The notes: a model not told the origin generated them from the sequence alone. A DNA stretch of 64,000 nt from Acidimicrobiia bacterium (GCA_965248705.1 CBDFJY010000002.1:919095-983094), one strand, 5' to 3'; shown: positions 18,429-28,962, numbered from the stretch's first letter. Numbers and translations: made by a program.

Positions 18429-19325
18429 GTGCTGACCGGCGTCATCTTCGGGTTTATAACCGCGGTGACGCTGGGGATCAACAGTCTGCTCACTGCCGTA
18501 GTGGCGCGGCGCTTCGGCGTGCTGCGCTCTGCTGCCGCCACGCTGACGCTGGCTCTCTTGGTGATGGTCGCCTGGGCAATCCTCATCGACGTGCCGCTCG
18601 AGATGACCACCGACCATCTGATCCTCTTGACCTTTCTGGGCACCTGCGTCGGCGCCTCCTTTCTGGGCTCCTATATGGCCCTCCGACTGGGCCCGATCTC
18701 CGTGGTAACACCGATCGGCTCTCTGGGGACCGCGATGACAGTGGTCTACTCCTTTTGGCTGCTGGGGGAAAGACCCGGTGCCTTGCAGTGGGCGGGAATA
18801 CCGATCGCCGTGCTGGGAGCAGTACTGGTATCGCTTGTAATCAAACGCGGGACCAGGGTTCGACTGGTCACCTGGGGACCGGTCTTCGCGTTGATCGGCG
18901 TATTCGTAGGATCGATCTCCAACGCCGGCCTGAAGATCCCCATCAGGGACGGAGTCGACTCCAACCTGACCGTAATCACCCAACGGGTCTTCACAGTGGC
19001 CTTCGTCCTGTTGGCGTTGGTGGTTTTCTCCCGGCTGGGATTACGGCGTCGGCGAGAGGGAGATGACCCTCAGTACCCGATGAGGATCACCTGGAAGACA
19101 GGATGGCTCTTGGGCCTGGTGGGACTGATCGACGGCGTCTCTTTCATATCATTCGGATACGGATTGGCCTACGCACCGGCCTGGTTGATCGCGATCATCT
19201 CCCAAAGCGGAAAGGTGATAGCCGTAATCGGCGGGGTGATCTTCTTCAAGGAACGACTCCACCGACTTCAGTGGACCGGCGTGGGGCTGATAATGGTCGG
19301 CGTGATGATGTCCCTCGTCGGCTAA
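18429..19325 (+). CDS. EamA/DMT transporter, copy 3
   Basis: Paralogue of 5860..6756, GTG start. Confidence 0.65.
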   Translation: MLTGVIFGFITAVTLGINSLLTAVVARRFGVLRSAAATLTLALLVMVAWAILIDVPLEMTTDHLILLTFLGTCVGASFLGSYMALRLGPISVVTPIGSLGTAMTVVYSFWLLGERPGALQWAGIPIAVLGAVLVSLVIKRGTRVRLVTWGPVFALIGVFVGSISNAGLKIPIRDGVDSNLTVITQRVFTVAFVLLALVVFSRLGLRRRREGDDPQYPMRITWKTGWLLGLVGLIDGVSFISFGYGLAYAPAWLIAIISQSGKVIAVIGGVIFFKERLHRLQWTGVGLIMVGVMMSLVG

Positions 19326-19353
19326 TACCGCCTTTTCCATCCGCGGTGGGAGG

Positions 19354-19560
19354 TTGTGAAAGGAACCGCATTGGGAGGGTTGATTCTGTCTCATGGAGGG
19401 TTCATAGTGATATGAGCCAAACACCGAAGCGGTCTGCTCCGGCGTCGTTCGGACCTCGTAGAGGGATCAAATAACCCTGCTGAATGCTCTGTACCTGGCT
19501 GGACCGAGTGTGTTCGACCCGTGGCAAGGTGGTGGCGGGCCACTGCCGCAAGGCAGTGGG
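19354..19560. repeat. Conserved ~200-nt non-coding element, copy B
   Basis: Homologous to 13932..14140. Terminal hairpin CACTGCC-GCAA-GGCAGTG has a GNRA loop on the plus strand. Confidence 0.5.
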
Positions 19561-19660
19561 ATCGCCTGTGGACCCAGAGGCAACTTTTCGCGACTTCTCA
19601 CAAAGATTGGCGATAGTTTCTGAATCGTGAGCTGGGGGCGGCGGTGGTTGGAGTTGGTCC

Positions 19661-20500
19661 TCAGTTCCCGGGAAAGGTGTATTGGAATACTCCGCCGGTA
19701 CGGATCATCTCGGCGGCGATGGCGTCGGCGTGTTCGATGAATCGGCGCAGCATGGCGTTGATCTGGTCCGGCACTACCTGGAGGGCTCCATGTCCGGCGC
19801 CGACCGGTTTGCCGAACACCACTTGGGGGCACAGTTCGCGGAGCAGGTCCAGGTCGATGCGAGGCTGTCCGCAGTCAACATATAGATAAGGGCACTCTAT
19901 GCCTGCCAGTATCGGCGCGGGATCGAAGGCGCTCAACCCGTGCCAGTCGCTGAGGATCACGTGGTCGGGAACTTGGGCCAGCCGCTCGGCTGTGTTCTTG
20001 GCGCGGGTCGGGTCGTCGGTGGGCAGGTGGGAGGCGCTGAGAAACCCGACCAGCGTGTCCCGGAAGGGTAGGTCCTTTTGCATCAGGTGATCGAAGGGTC
20101 CGTGATGGTACGCGGTCCACCCGGGGATGTTGCTGGGAGAGTCCAGGCTGGCGATCGCTCCGACGAGGTGGGGATGGCGGGCGGCGGCGGAGATGATTAC
20201 CTGTCCTCCCATGCTCTGGCCGACCAGCACCGGCCGGTTCAGTTCCAGTTGGCGGATGAGTTCGGCAACATCATCGCCGTGCTGTTCCATGGTGTAGAGA
20301 TGATCGGGCTTGTCGCTTTCCCCGTGGCCGCGCAGATCGACCGCGATGCAGCGGTGATTGGGGGAGAAGTACTCCTCCTGGAGGCCGAATCCTTCCCGAT
20401 TGCCGAAGCCGCCGTGGATAAGGATGATGGCCGGATCGCCTGCACCCACCTCGTGGTATGCAATGCGGACGCCGTCGGAGGTGGTGATCCATTCGGTCAT
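19661..20500 (-). CDS. Alpha/beta-fold hydrolase, paralogue 2
   Basis: Same motifs as paralogue 1. Confidence 0.8.
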   Translation of the reverse strand: MTEWITTSDGVRIAYHEVGAGDPAIILIHGGFGNREGFGLQEEYFSPNHRCIAVDLRGHGESDKPDHLYTMEQHGDDVAELIRQLELNRPVLVGQSMGGQVIISAAARHPHLVGAIASLDSPSNIPGWTAYHHGPFDHLMQKDLPFRDTLVGFLSASHLPTDDPTRAKNTAERLAQVPDHVILSDWHGLSAFDPAPILAGIECPYLYVDCGQPRIDLDLLRELCPQVVFGKPVGAGHGALQVVPDQINAMLRRFIEHADAIAAEMIRTGGVFQYTFPGN

Positions 20501-20573
20501 GTGCCGTAGCGTAGTTGTCGGGGTCTCATAGACGGCTAGGGACAGGTCACTATGACGGCTTCGGGTGCAATCC

Positions 20574-21413
20574 CTATGTGGAGGGGAAGGTGTATTGGAA
20601 GACGCCGCCGGTGCGGATCATCTCGGCGGCGATGGCGTCGGCGTGTTCGATGAACCGCCGAAGCATGGCGTTGATTTGGTCCGGCACCACCCGGAGGGCC
20701 CCATGTCCGGCGCCGACCGGTTTGCCGACCACCACTTGGGGGCACAGTTCGCGGAGCAAGTCCAGATCGACGCGCGGCTGTCCGCAGTCGACGTACAGAT
20801 AAGGGCACTTCACCCCAGCCAGCAACGGCGCGGGATCAAAGGCCATCATCCCCTGCCAGCCGTTGAGGATCACATGGTCGTCAAGCCGGGCCAGCCGCGC
20901 CGCTGTGTTCTTGGCGCGGGTCGGGTCGTCGGTGGGCAGATGGGCGGCGCTGAGGAAGAGTTCCAGCGCCTTCCGGAAGTCTTGGTCCTTTCGCATGAGG
21001 TGATCGAAGGGTCCGTGATGGTAGGCGTGCCATCCGGGGATGTTGCTGGGCGAGTCGAGGCTGGCGATGGCGCCCACCAGTTCGGGATGGCGGGCGGCGG
21101 CCGAGATGATCACCTGTCCCCCCATGCTTTGTCCCACGAGGACTGGCCGATCCAGATCCAGTTGGCGGATAAGTTCGGCCACATCGTCGCCGTGTTGTTC
21201 CATGGTGTAGAGCTCATCGGGTTTGTCGCTTTCGCCGTGCCCGCGCAGATCGACGGCGATGCAGCGGTGATTGGGGGAGAAGTACTCCTCCTGGAGGCCG
21301 AAGCCTCCCCGATCGCCGAAGCCGCCGTGGATAAGGATGATGGCCGGGTCGCCAGCGCCCAGTTCGTGGTAGGCGATGCGGACGTCATCGGAGGTGGTGA
21401 TCCATTCAGTCAT
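20574..21413 (-). CDS. Alpha/beta-fold hydrolase, paralogue 3
   Basis: Same motifs (GQSMGG, GAGH). Confidence 0.8.
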   Translation of the reverse strand: MTEWITTSDDVRIAYHELGAGDPAIILIHGGFGDRGGFGLQEEYFSPNHRCIAVDLRGHGESDKPDELYTMEQHGDDVAELIRQLDLDRPVLVGQSMGGQVIISAAARHPELVGAIASLDSPSNIPGWHAYHHGPFDHLMRKDQDFRKALELFLSAAHLPTDDPTRAKNTAARLARLDDHVILNGWQGMMAFDPAPLLAGVKCPYLYVDCGQPRVDLDLLRELCPQVVVGKPVGAGHGALRVVPDQINAMLRRFIEHADAIAAEMIRTGGVFQYTFPST

Positions 21414-21542
21414 GTCACTCAGCTTAGGTTGTCAGCCCGGCAGGGGAGGGCGAAACGGCGCCAGGAAATTGGTGCTCCAGTTGGCGTTATACGCCCGTCC
21501 GGCGTTCGCCGGTCCCAAGTGAGCGGTGTTCGCCGCGGGTCC

Positions 21543-22385
21543 TTATGTGGAGGGGAAGGTGTATTGGAATACTCCGCCGGTGCGGATCATTTCGGCGGCG
21601 ATGCCGTCGGCGTGTTCGACGAATCGGCGGAGCATGGCGTTGATCTGGTCCGGCACGTCCTGGAGGGCCCGATGTCCAGCGCCGACCGGCTTTCCGATCA
21701 CCACCTGGGGGCACAGCTCACGGAGCAGATCCAGGTCGAGATCCGGCTGACCGCAGTCGATGTACAGGTAGGGACACTTCACCCCGCGCAGCGTGGGTGT
21801 GGGGTCGTAATCGGCCTTGCCCCGCCAAGTGTTGAGGATCAACTTGTCGGAAACTTCGGCGAGCCGTGCGGCCATGGTGCCCACCCGGGAGGGGTCGTCG
21901 GTAGGCAGATAGGCGGCTTTGAGGAACGTGTAGAGTGTTTCGCGGATAGGGGGGCCGTCCTTGCTCATCAGGGGTTGGTAGGGACCGTGAAAACGCTGGT
22001 GCCACCCGGGGATGTTGCTGGGCGAGTCCAAGCTGACGATCGCCCCCACCAGTTCGGAGTGGCGGGCGGCGGCAGCGATCACCACCTGTCCGCCCATGCT
22101 CTGGCCCACCAGCACGGGCCGATGCAGCCCCAGGTGGCGGATGAGATCTGCCACGTCATCCCCGTGTTTGTCCATGGTGTAGGGCTCATCGGGCTTGGCG
22201 CTGTCGCCGTGGCCACGCAGGTCGACCGACACGCACCGGTGATTGGGCGAGAAGTACTCCTCCTGGAAGCCGAATCCTCCCCGCTTGCCGTAAGCGCCGT
22301 GGATGAAGAGGATGGCCGGGTCGCCGGCGCCCACCTCGTGGTAGGCAATGCGCACCCCGTCGGAGGTGGTAATCCATTCAGTCAT
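21543..22385 (-). CDS. Alpha/beta-fold hydrolase, paralogue 4
   Basis: Start set at the conserved MTEWITT (ATG 22385). The longer reported ORF is an upstream over-extension. Confidence 0.75.
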   Translation of the reverse strand: MTEWITTSDGVRIAYHEVGAGDPAILFIHGAYGKRGGFGFQEEYFSPNHRCVSVDLRGHGDSAKPDEPYTMDKHGDDVADLIRHLGLHRPVLVGQSMGGQVVIAAAARHSELVGAIVSLDSPSNIPGWHQRFHGPYQPLMSKDGPPIRETLYTFLKAAYLPTDDPSRVGTMAARLAEVSDKLILNTWRGKADYDPTPTLRGVKCPYLYIDCGQPDLDLDLLRELCPQVVIGKPVGAGHRALQDVPDQINAMLRRFVEHADGIAAEMIRTGGVFQYTFPST

Positions 22386-22450
22386 GTCACTGAGCTTAGG
22401 GTGTCGTGTCGCGGTGTGGCACCAACACTTTTCGTCTGTTTTTGTCAAAG

Positions 22451-22640
22451 GTTGTGAAACAAATCGCTGTTGGGGGGTTGATTCTGTTCCCCGGGGAGTT
22501 CATATTGATACAAGCCAAACACCAAGACGGTCCGCCCAGGCGTCGTTCGGGCCGCGTCGAGGGATCAAATGTCCTTATTCAACCAGCCCTGTTCCGGGCT
22601 GGACGAGTCTGTTCGACCCATGGCAAGGTGGTGGTGGGGG
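22451..22640. repeat. Conserved ~200-nt non-coding element, copy C
   Basis: Homologous to copies A and B. Here it lies between two hydrolase genes rather than after an EamA gene. Confidence 0.45.
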
Positions 22641-22870
22641 AGGGCCCAGGGAAGCTTTTTCGCGACTTTTCTGCCATGATCAACGACTGCCGTTCGCATA
22701 ACCAGGCACCCCAGACCACCCACCCGGTCGCTACATCTCAGAAACAACTGAGCTTAGGGTGTCCGCCCGGGACGAGGGTGAACGGCGACAGCTTATTGGT
22801 GCCTGAGTTGGCGTGAAGCACCGGAGTGCCGGTCGCCGGGTCGAACGGATCGGCGTTGCCGCGCGGGTTC

Positions 22871-23710
22871 TCATGTGGAGGGGAAGGTGTATTGGAATAC
22901 CCCGCCGGTGCGGATCATTTCGGCGGCGATGCCGTCGGCGTGTTGGATGAAGCGGTTGAGCATGGCGTTGATCTGGTCCGGCACGTCCTTGGTGGCCTGA
23001 TGACCGGCGCCCACCGTTTTGCCGATCACCACCTGGGGGCAGAGCTCGCGGAGCAGATCGAAGTCGAGACCGGGTTGGCCGCAGTCGATGTAGAGATAGG
23101 GGCACTTCACCTGGCGCAGTACCGGCGCCGGATCAAAGGCGCTCATTCCCTGCCAGCCGTTCACGATCACATGCCCTGGAACCTCGGCCAGCCAGTCTGG
23201 CATTTCCCCGACCCGCGACGGGTCGTCGGTGGGCAGATAGGCGGCGCTGAGGAAGGTTTGCAGCGCCTCCCGGAAGGGGCCGTCCTTGGTCATCAGGTGG
23301 TCGAACGGACCATGAAAGCGCCGGTGCCATCCGGGGATGTTGCTGGGCGAGTCCAGGCTGGCGATCGCCCCCACCAGTTCGGGATGGCGGGCGGCTACGG
23401 AGATGACCACCTGTCCGCCCATGCTGTGACCAACCAGGATAGGCCGCCGTATCCCCAGATGGCGAAGCCATTCGGCAGCCTCATCGGCGTATTTGTCCAT
23501 GGTGTAGAGTTCATCGGGCTTGTCGCTGTCGCCGTGGCCACGCAGGTCGATAGCCAGACACCGGTGATTGGGCGAGAAGTATTCCTCCTGGAATGTGAAA
23601 CCAGTCCGGTTGCCGAACCCGCCGTGGATGAAGACGATGGGCGGATCGCCGGCGCCCGCCTGGTGGTAGGCGAGGCGTACGCCGTCGGAGGTGGTGATCC
23701 ATTCAGTCAT
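22871..23710 (-). CDS. Alpha/beta-fold hydrolase, paralogue 5
   Basis: GHSMGG variant of the nucleophile elbow. Confidence 0.8.
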   Translation of the reverse strand: MTEWITTSDGVRLAYHQAGAGDPPIVFIHGGFGNRTGFTFQEEYFSPNHRCLAIDLRGHGDSDKPDELYTMDKYADEAAEWLRHLGIRRPILVGHSMGGQVVISVAARHPELVGAIASLDSPSNIPGWHRRFHGPFDHLMTKDGPFREALQTFLSAAYLPTDDPSRVGEMPDWLAEVPGHVIVNGWQGMSAFDPAPVLRQVKCPYLYIDCGQPGLDFDLLRELCPQVVIGKTVGAGHQATKDVPDQINAMLNRFIQHADGIAAEMIRTGGVFQYTFPST

Positions 23711-23840
23711 GTCACCGAGCTTAGGGTGTCAGCCTGGAAGGGAAGGTGAGCGGCTGCGCCATGTTGATCTCCGAGTCGGCGTGAAACACTGGACTGCCGG
23801 ATGGCCGGTCCGAACGAACGGCGTTCGGCGCTGGGGCCTC

Positions 23841-24680
23841 TTATGTCGAGGGGAAGGTGTATTGGAATACTCCGCCGGTGCGGATCATTTCAGCGGCTAT
23901 GGCGTCGGCGTGTTCGATGAATCTGCGGAGCATGGCGTTGATCTGATCCGGCACGTCCTTGGTGGCGGCGTGACCGGAGCCCACCGTTTTGCCGACCACC
24001 ACCTGGGGGCACAGCTCACGGAGCAGATCGAAGTCGAGATACGGCTGGCCGCAGTCGATGTAGAGATAGGGGCATTTCACCTGGCGCAGTACTGGAGCCG
24101 GATCGAAGGAGCTCAATGCCCACCACGCTCTGGTGATTACATGGTCGGGAAACCCGGCCAGCCGCTCCGTGATTCCCGCGACTCGCGATGGGTCGTCGGT
24201 GGGCAGATAGGCGGCGCCGAGGAAAGTTTCCGCTGCTTCCCGGAAGGGACCGTCCCTGGTCATCAGGTGGTCGAAGGGGCCACTAAAGCGTCTCTGCCAT
24301 CCGGGGATATTGCTGGGCGAGTCCAGGCTGGCGATCGCCCCCACCAGTTCGGGATGGCGGGCAGCCGCGGAGATGACCACCTGTCCGCCCATGCTGTGAC
24401 CCACCAGGATGGATCGGCGGAGACCGAGTTGGCGGATCAGCTCGGCCACGTCGTCGGCGTGTTTGGCCATCGAATAGACCTCGTCGGGTTTTTCGCTGTC
24501 GCCGTTGCCGCGCAGGTCGACCGCCACGCACCGGTGATTGGGCGAGAAGTACTCCTCCTGGAAGCCGAAGCCTCCCCGATTGCCGTAGATACCGTGGATG
24601 AAAACAATGGGTGGATCCCCGGCGCCCACTTGGTGGTAGGCGATGCGTACACCGTCGGGGGTGGTGATCCATTCAGTCAT
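23841..24680 (-). CDS. Alpha/beta-fold hydrolase, paralogue 6
   Basis: Start set at the conserved MTEWITT (ATG 24680); GHSMGG. Confidence 0.75.
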   Translation of the reverse strand: MTEWITTPDGVRIAYHQVGAGDPPIVFIHGIYGNRGGFGFQEEYFSPNHRCVAVDLRGNGDSEKPDEVYSMAKHADDVAELIRQLGLRRSILVGHSMGGQVVISAAARHPELVGAIASLDSPSNIPGWQRRFSGPFDHLMTRDGPFREAAETFLGAAYLPTDDPSRVAGITERLAGFPDHVITRAWWALSSFDPAPVLRQVKCPYLYIDCGQPYLDFDLLRELCPQVVVGKTVGSGHAATKDVPDQINAMLRRFIEHADAIAAEMIRTGGVFQYTFPST

Positions 24681-24745
24681 GTCGCCGAGCTTAGGTATCC
24701 GGGTGATCAACCCCGCAGACAGTCAATTCCCGGCAGCCCGGGTGG

Positions 24746-25759
24746 CTAGAGCGCCAATCGCTCGGCCAGTTGGACGGCGTTGAGCGCCGCGCCCTTGCGG
24801 AGGTTGTCGCCCACGACCCACAGGTTGATGCCCCCGGGTGTCCCCACCGTTTCCCGCACCCGGCCCACCAGGGCACGGTCCGTCCCGGCGCTGTCCAGAG
24901 GAGTGGGCGGGATGTCCTCCCAGACCTCCACCCCGGGGGCGGCGGAGAGGATTTCCAGCGCCTCCTCTCGGCCCAGCGCACGGTCGAACCACACCGAGGC
25001 GGCTAGACCGTGGCCGACCATCACCGGCACCCTCACGCAGGTCGGCTCCACGGCCAACTCCGCCAAATCAAGAATTTTGCGGGACTCGTGTATCAGCTTC
25101 CACTCCTCGTCGGTATAGCCCTGCCCAGTCTCCGAGCCGGCCATGGGCAGCACGTTGAAGCCGATGGGGCGGCTGTAGACCTCGCCTCCCGGGTCAATCC
25201 ATTTTCCTTGCACCAGGCCGGAGCGATCACTCCGGAAGTGGTCGATCTGGGCAGATAGCTCGGTCATCCCCTTCTGGCCCGAGCCCGAAACCGACTGATA
25301 GGAGGTGGCCACCATCGAACGGAGCCCCGCCTCCCGATGGAGAGGGGCGACCGCCATCATCAACACCATGGTGGTGCAGTTGGGGTTGGCCACAATTCCC
25401 CGATGTGACCCCAGGGCATGGTCGTTCACATCCGCCACCACCAGCGGAACTGTCGGATCCATCCGGAAACAGGACGAATTGTCGACTACTACCGCCCCAG
25501 CGGAGACAAAGCGGGGGGCGTGTGCACGTGATCGGGAGGCGCCGGCTGAGAAGATCGCCAATTCGATTCCCTCGGGATCGGCCTCATGCAAATCTTCCAC
25601 CTCGACTTCTCCCCAAGCGGTGGAGATCTTCTGTCCGGCCGAGCGCGCCGAGGCCATAAGCCGCAGCCGGCCGACGAGGAAATCCCGGTCGGCCAGGATA
25701 TCCAACGCCGTCCGGCCCACCGCTCCGGTGGCGCCCACCAAGGCCAGGTCGACGCTCAT
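24746..25759 (-). CDS. asd: Aspartate-semialdehyde dehydrogenase
   Basis: [15 protein letters not shown] Rossmann N-terminus, active-site Cys region. Start overlaps the lysC stop (ATGA). The reported ORF over-extends upstream. Confidence 0.9.
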   Translation of the reverse strand: MSVDLALVGATGAVGRTALDILADRDFLVGRLRLMASARSAGQKISTAWGEVEVEDLHEADPEGIELAIFSAGASRSRAHAPRFVSAGAVVVDNSSCFRMDPTVPLVVADVNDHALGSHRGIVANPNCTTMVLMMAVAPLHREAGLRSMVATSYQSVSGSGQKGMTELSAQIDHFRSDRSGLVQGKWIDPGGEVYSRPIGFNVLPMAGSETGQGYTDEEWKLIHESRKILDLAELAVEPTCVRVPVMVGHGLAASVWFDRALGREEALEILSAAPGVEVWEDIPPTPLDSAGTDRALVGRVRETVGTPGGINLWVVGDNLRKGAALNAVQLAERLAL

Positions 25760-27000
25760 GCCCCCCGCTCCTCTCGGATCAGGGGGGGCCTGAACTCGCG
25801 GTGAAGCGCCTGGACGGCCTTGTTCATCTGGGATTGATCTACCACACAGGAGATTCTGATAGTGGAGGTGGAGATCATCTCGATGTTGATCCCGGCCCTG
25901 CCCAATGTCCGAAACACCCGGGCCGCCACGCCCGGCTCGGTTTTCATGCCTGCTCCTATCAGCGACACCTTGGCGATGTCGTGGCGAATCTCCACCCCGG
26001 AGGCCTTCACCTGCCGCCCGATCAACCTGACCACCTCTCCCGCCCATTCCGTGGAATCTTTGGGAATGGTGAAGCTGATGTCGGACAGACCCTCTCGGGA
26101 GACGTTCTGCACGATCATGTCAACGTTCACGCCTGCCGTCGCCAGGGGCTCGAAGACGGAAGCCGCCACACCGGGCTGGTCGGGGACTTCCCGCAAGGTG
26201 ACCTTCGCCTCCGAGGCGTCGTGGGCTATTCCGCTGATTATGGCTTGTTCCATGCGCTCCATATCGGTCGCCTTTCTTATCCAAGTGCCGGGCAGGCCGG
26301 TAAAAGAGGATCGTACGTGGATGGGGACGCCGTATCGACGCCCCACCTCCACCGCCCGGGGAATGAGCACGCCCGCTCCCCCGGCGGCCAATTCCATCAT
26401 TACCTCGTAGGAGACCTCTTCCAGCTTCTGGGCTTCGGGGACTATCCGGGGATCGGCAGTCATCACCCCGGAAACATCTGTGTATATCTCGGCTACATCG
26501 CCTCCCAGAGCCGCAGCCAGCGCCACCGCGCTGGTATCGGAGCCTCCCCTGCCCAGGGTGGTGATCTCCTTCGATCGGGGGTTCACCCCCTGGAACCCCG
26601 CCACGATCACCACCTTCCCCTCGGCGAGATTGTCGGTTACCCGAACACCCGTTATCCCCTGGATCTTGGCCGCCCCATGAGTGTCGTCGGTGAGAATTCC
26701 GGCCTGGCTGCCGGTGAGGCTCACCGCCTCCACGCCATGGGCGGCGATGGCCATGGCAGTCAGGGCAATGGAAATGCGTTCCCCGGCAGAAAGCAGCATG
26801 TCCATCTCTCGGGCCGGCGGGCTGGCGTTCACTTCCCGGGCCAGGTTAACCAGGTTGTCGGTGGTGTCTCCCATGGCGGAGACCACCACCACCACCTGCG
26901 CGCCGGTCCGGCGGGCGTTCACCACCCGGGCGGCGACGTTTTTGATTCGCTCGGGGGTGGCGAGGGAAGATCCGCCGAATTTCTGTACGATCCGCGACAT
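25756..27000 (-). CDS. lysC: Aspartate kinase
   Basis: [13 protein letters not shown]..., amino-acid kinase fold plus two C-terminal ACT domains. Start chosen at the conserved N-terminus. Confidence 0.9.
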   Translation of the reverse strand: MSRIVQKFGGSSLATPERIKNVAARVVNARRTGAQVVVVVSAMGDTTDNLVNLAREVNASPPAREMDMLLSAGERISIALTAMAIAAHGVEAVSLTGSQAGILTDDTHGAAKIQGITGVRVTDNLAEGKVVIVAGFQGVNPRSKEITTLGRGGSDTSAVALAAALGGDVAEIYTDVSGVMTADPRIVPEAQKLEEVSYEVMMELAAGGAGVLIPRAVEVGRRYGVPIHVRSSFTGLPGTWIRKATDMERMEQAIISGIAHDASEAKVTLREVPDQPGVAASVFEPLATAGVNVDMIVQNVSREGLSDISFTIPKDSTEWAGEVVRLIGRQVKASGVEIRHDIAKVSLIGAGMKTEPGVAARVFRTLGRAGINIEMISTSTIRISCVVDQSQMNKAVQALHREFRPPLIREERGA

Positions 27001-27284
27001 ATTCAAGGGGGAGAGGGGGAAGTCCAACCCAATGTTACGGCTTGACGCTCTTTTGCCCACGCCGGTTCGGCTAAAGGCCATCGGGGCGAGCGCCAACGTA
27101 AGCCGGCTAACCGGTGCGGGCGCCGGATCGTTGCCAAAACAGGTTGTGGAGACCCGCCGACAAGTCCCAATGAGATGCGTACAATCATTCGCAGAGATTC
27201 AAATGATGATCCGTAGTACGAATGGTGTGGCGCTGTCCAGCGAAGAACCTATGGCGAGCCGACTGCACGGGAGGCGCCGTTTAG

Positions 27285-28079
27285 GTGGTTAAAGAAAAAC
27301 GACAGCGTCAGAAGGCCGCCAAGGCGGCGCGTATCCAAGCAGAGCAAAAGAAGCGCTCCCGGCGCGAAAGCCTGAAACGACTGGGAATCGGGGTGGTGAT
27401 GGCTCTGGTCTTGGTGGGGGTACTGGTCACCTGTAATTTGCGCAGCGGAAAAGAACAGGAGGAAAGACTCATCGAATTGTCATCCACCTACCAGGAATAC
27501 CGAGAGAAGCCAACCGCCTGCGGAGGGGAGGCGCCGCCCGCGTTGCGGATGATGAACTTCGCGGGTTTTGTTCCCCAGGAGATACCGGATGGGGCGTTAG
27601 TGACCGCCAAGGTCAAAACCTCCTGCGGGGAGGTGGTGATAGCACTGGACACGAATTACCCCGAAACCGTCAACTCCTTTGTCTTTTTAGCCAGGGAAGG
27701 GTATTACGATGGCACGGTCTTTCACCGGATAGCGGAGGTGTTCGTGGTCCAGGGAGGCGATCCCACCGCCACGGGACGGGGAGGTCCCGGATACGACATC
27801 GCCGACGAGTTCCCGCCCGAAGACTTCAAATACACCCGGGGGGTGGTGGCAATGGCCAACGCCGGTAAGAACACCACCGGCAGCCAGTTCTTCTGGATGC
27901 TGAAGGACGCCCCGTTCCTCAATCCGCAGTTCAACGTGTTGGGTCGAATAACCGACGGCTTGGAAGTCCTGGACCTCATCGCCCAAATCCCCACCGCTCG
28001 GTCCTCCTCCAGCAACGAGCAAAGCCTTCCCCTGGAGGCCATCTATATCGAGTCGGTGGAGATCACCGTCGAATCCTGA
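27285..28079 (+). CDS. Cyclophilin-type peptidyl-prolyl cis-trans isomerase with N-terminal basic/TM anchor
   Basis: FHRI..VQGGDPTATGRGGPGY...GVVAMANAGKNTTGSQFF; GTG start. Confidence 0.8.
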   Translation: MVKEKRQRQKAAKAARIQAEQKKRSRRESLKRLGIGVVMALVLVGVLVTCNLRSGKEQEERLIELSSTYQEYREKPTACGGEAPPALRMMNFAGFVPQEIPDGALVTAKVKTSCGEVVIALDTNYPETVNSFVFLAREGYYDGTVFHRIAEVFVVQGGDPTATGRGGPGYDIADEFPPEDFKYTRGVVAMANAGKNTTGSQFFWMLKDAPFLNPQFNVLGRITDGLEVLDLIAQIPTARSSSSNEQSLPLEAIYIESVEITVES

Positions 28080-28092
28080 CCAGGCCCCGGCA

Positions 28093-28962
28093 ATGGGGGT
28101 CGACCTTCACACTCACACGACCGCCTCTGACGGCGCCGACTCTCCCACCGAACTGGTTGCCGCGGCCGCCGCATTGGGATTGTCAGCGGTGGCCGTCACC
28201 GACCACGACACCACCGAAGGCCTGAAAGAGGCCGCGGCCGCGGCCGCCGGTGCCGGAATCGAACTGGTCGGGGGACTGGAGCTTTCCCTGGAGTGGAGTC
28301 GAGGGGCTATGCATTTGCTGGTGCTGATGATCGATGACCCCGATTCCCTGCCCTTTCGGCTGGAGAAGGTTCGCAATGGCAGGGTTCGGCGCAACCTGCT
28401 GATAGCGGAGCGTCTCCGTTCCCAAGACGTGGATATAACCATGGAAGAGGTGAGGCGGGAAGGTGGGGAGGGAACCATCGGAAGGCCGCATTTCGCCTCC
28501 CTCTTGGTGAAGAAAGGCTACGTCCCCGACATTCCCGCGGCTTTTGATCGTTATCTGGCCAGGGGATGTCCCGCCTATGTGGAAAGATATCGCCTCGCTC
28601 CCGCCGAGGCCATCGAGCTTGCCCACGCGGTGGGGGGAGCGGCGGTTTTGGCCCATCCTCTCACGTTGGGAGTGGAGGGCGGCGAGCTCTCCGCCTTGCT
28701 GGAGGAACTCGCCGCGCAAGGTTTGGACGGACTGGAGGCTCACTACGGAGCGTACGGCCCGACTACCCGTCGCTCGTTGGCCACGGTGGCCCGACGGCAC
28801 GGTCTTATCCCCTCGGGAGGTTCCGACTACCACGGGCGCTTCAAGCCGGACACCAGGCTGGGAGTGGGGCGGGGCGACCTGGTGGTCCCCGACGAGGTGC
28901 TGGCCGAACTGCGGGTGGCGGCCGTTTCATGGTCGAAGCGTCTCCTGGGATCTCGATCATGA
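28093..28962 (+). CDS. PHP-domain metal-dependent phosphoesterase (TrpH/YciV-like)
   Basis: MGVDLHTHTTASDGADSP...VTDHDT; His-rich PHP motifs. Confidence 0.8.
   Translation: MGVDLHTHTTASDGADSPTELVAAAAALGLSAVAVTDHDTTEGLKEAAAAAAGAGIELVGGLELSLEWSRGAMHLLVLMIDDPDSLPFRLEKVRNGRVRRNLLIAERLRSQDVDITMEEVRREGGEGTIGRPHFASLLVKKGYVPDIPAAFDRYLARGCPAYVERYRLAPAEAIELAHAVGGAAVLAHPLTLGVEGGELSALLEELAAQGLDGLEAHYGAYGPTTRRSLATVARRHGLIPSGGSDYHGRFKPDTRLGVGRGDLVVPDEVLAELRVAAVSWSKRLLGSRS

Noticed and set aside
19600-24750. CRISPR array
   Set aside because: The repeats here are whole genes (~840 nt) with ~100-400 nt spacers, not 25-40-nt direct repeats with unique spacers.
27001-27284. Lysine riboswitch (L-box) upstream of lysC
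   Set aside because: No L-box core motifs on the correct (minus) strand. The region looks like ordinary divergent-promoter DNA.
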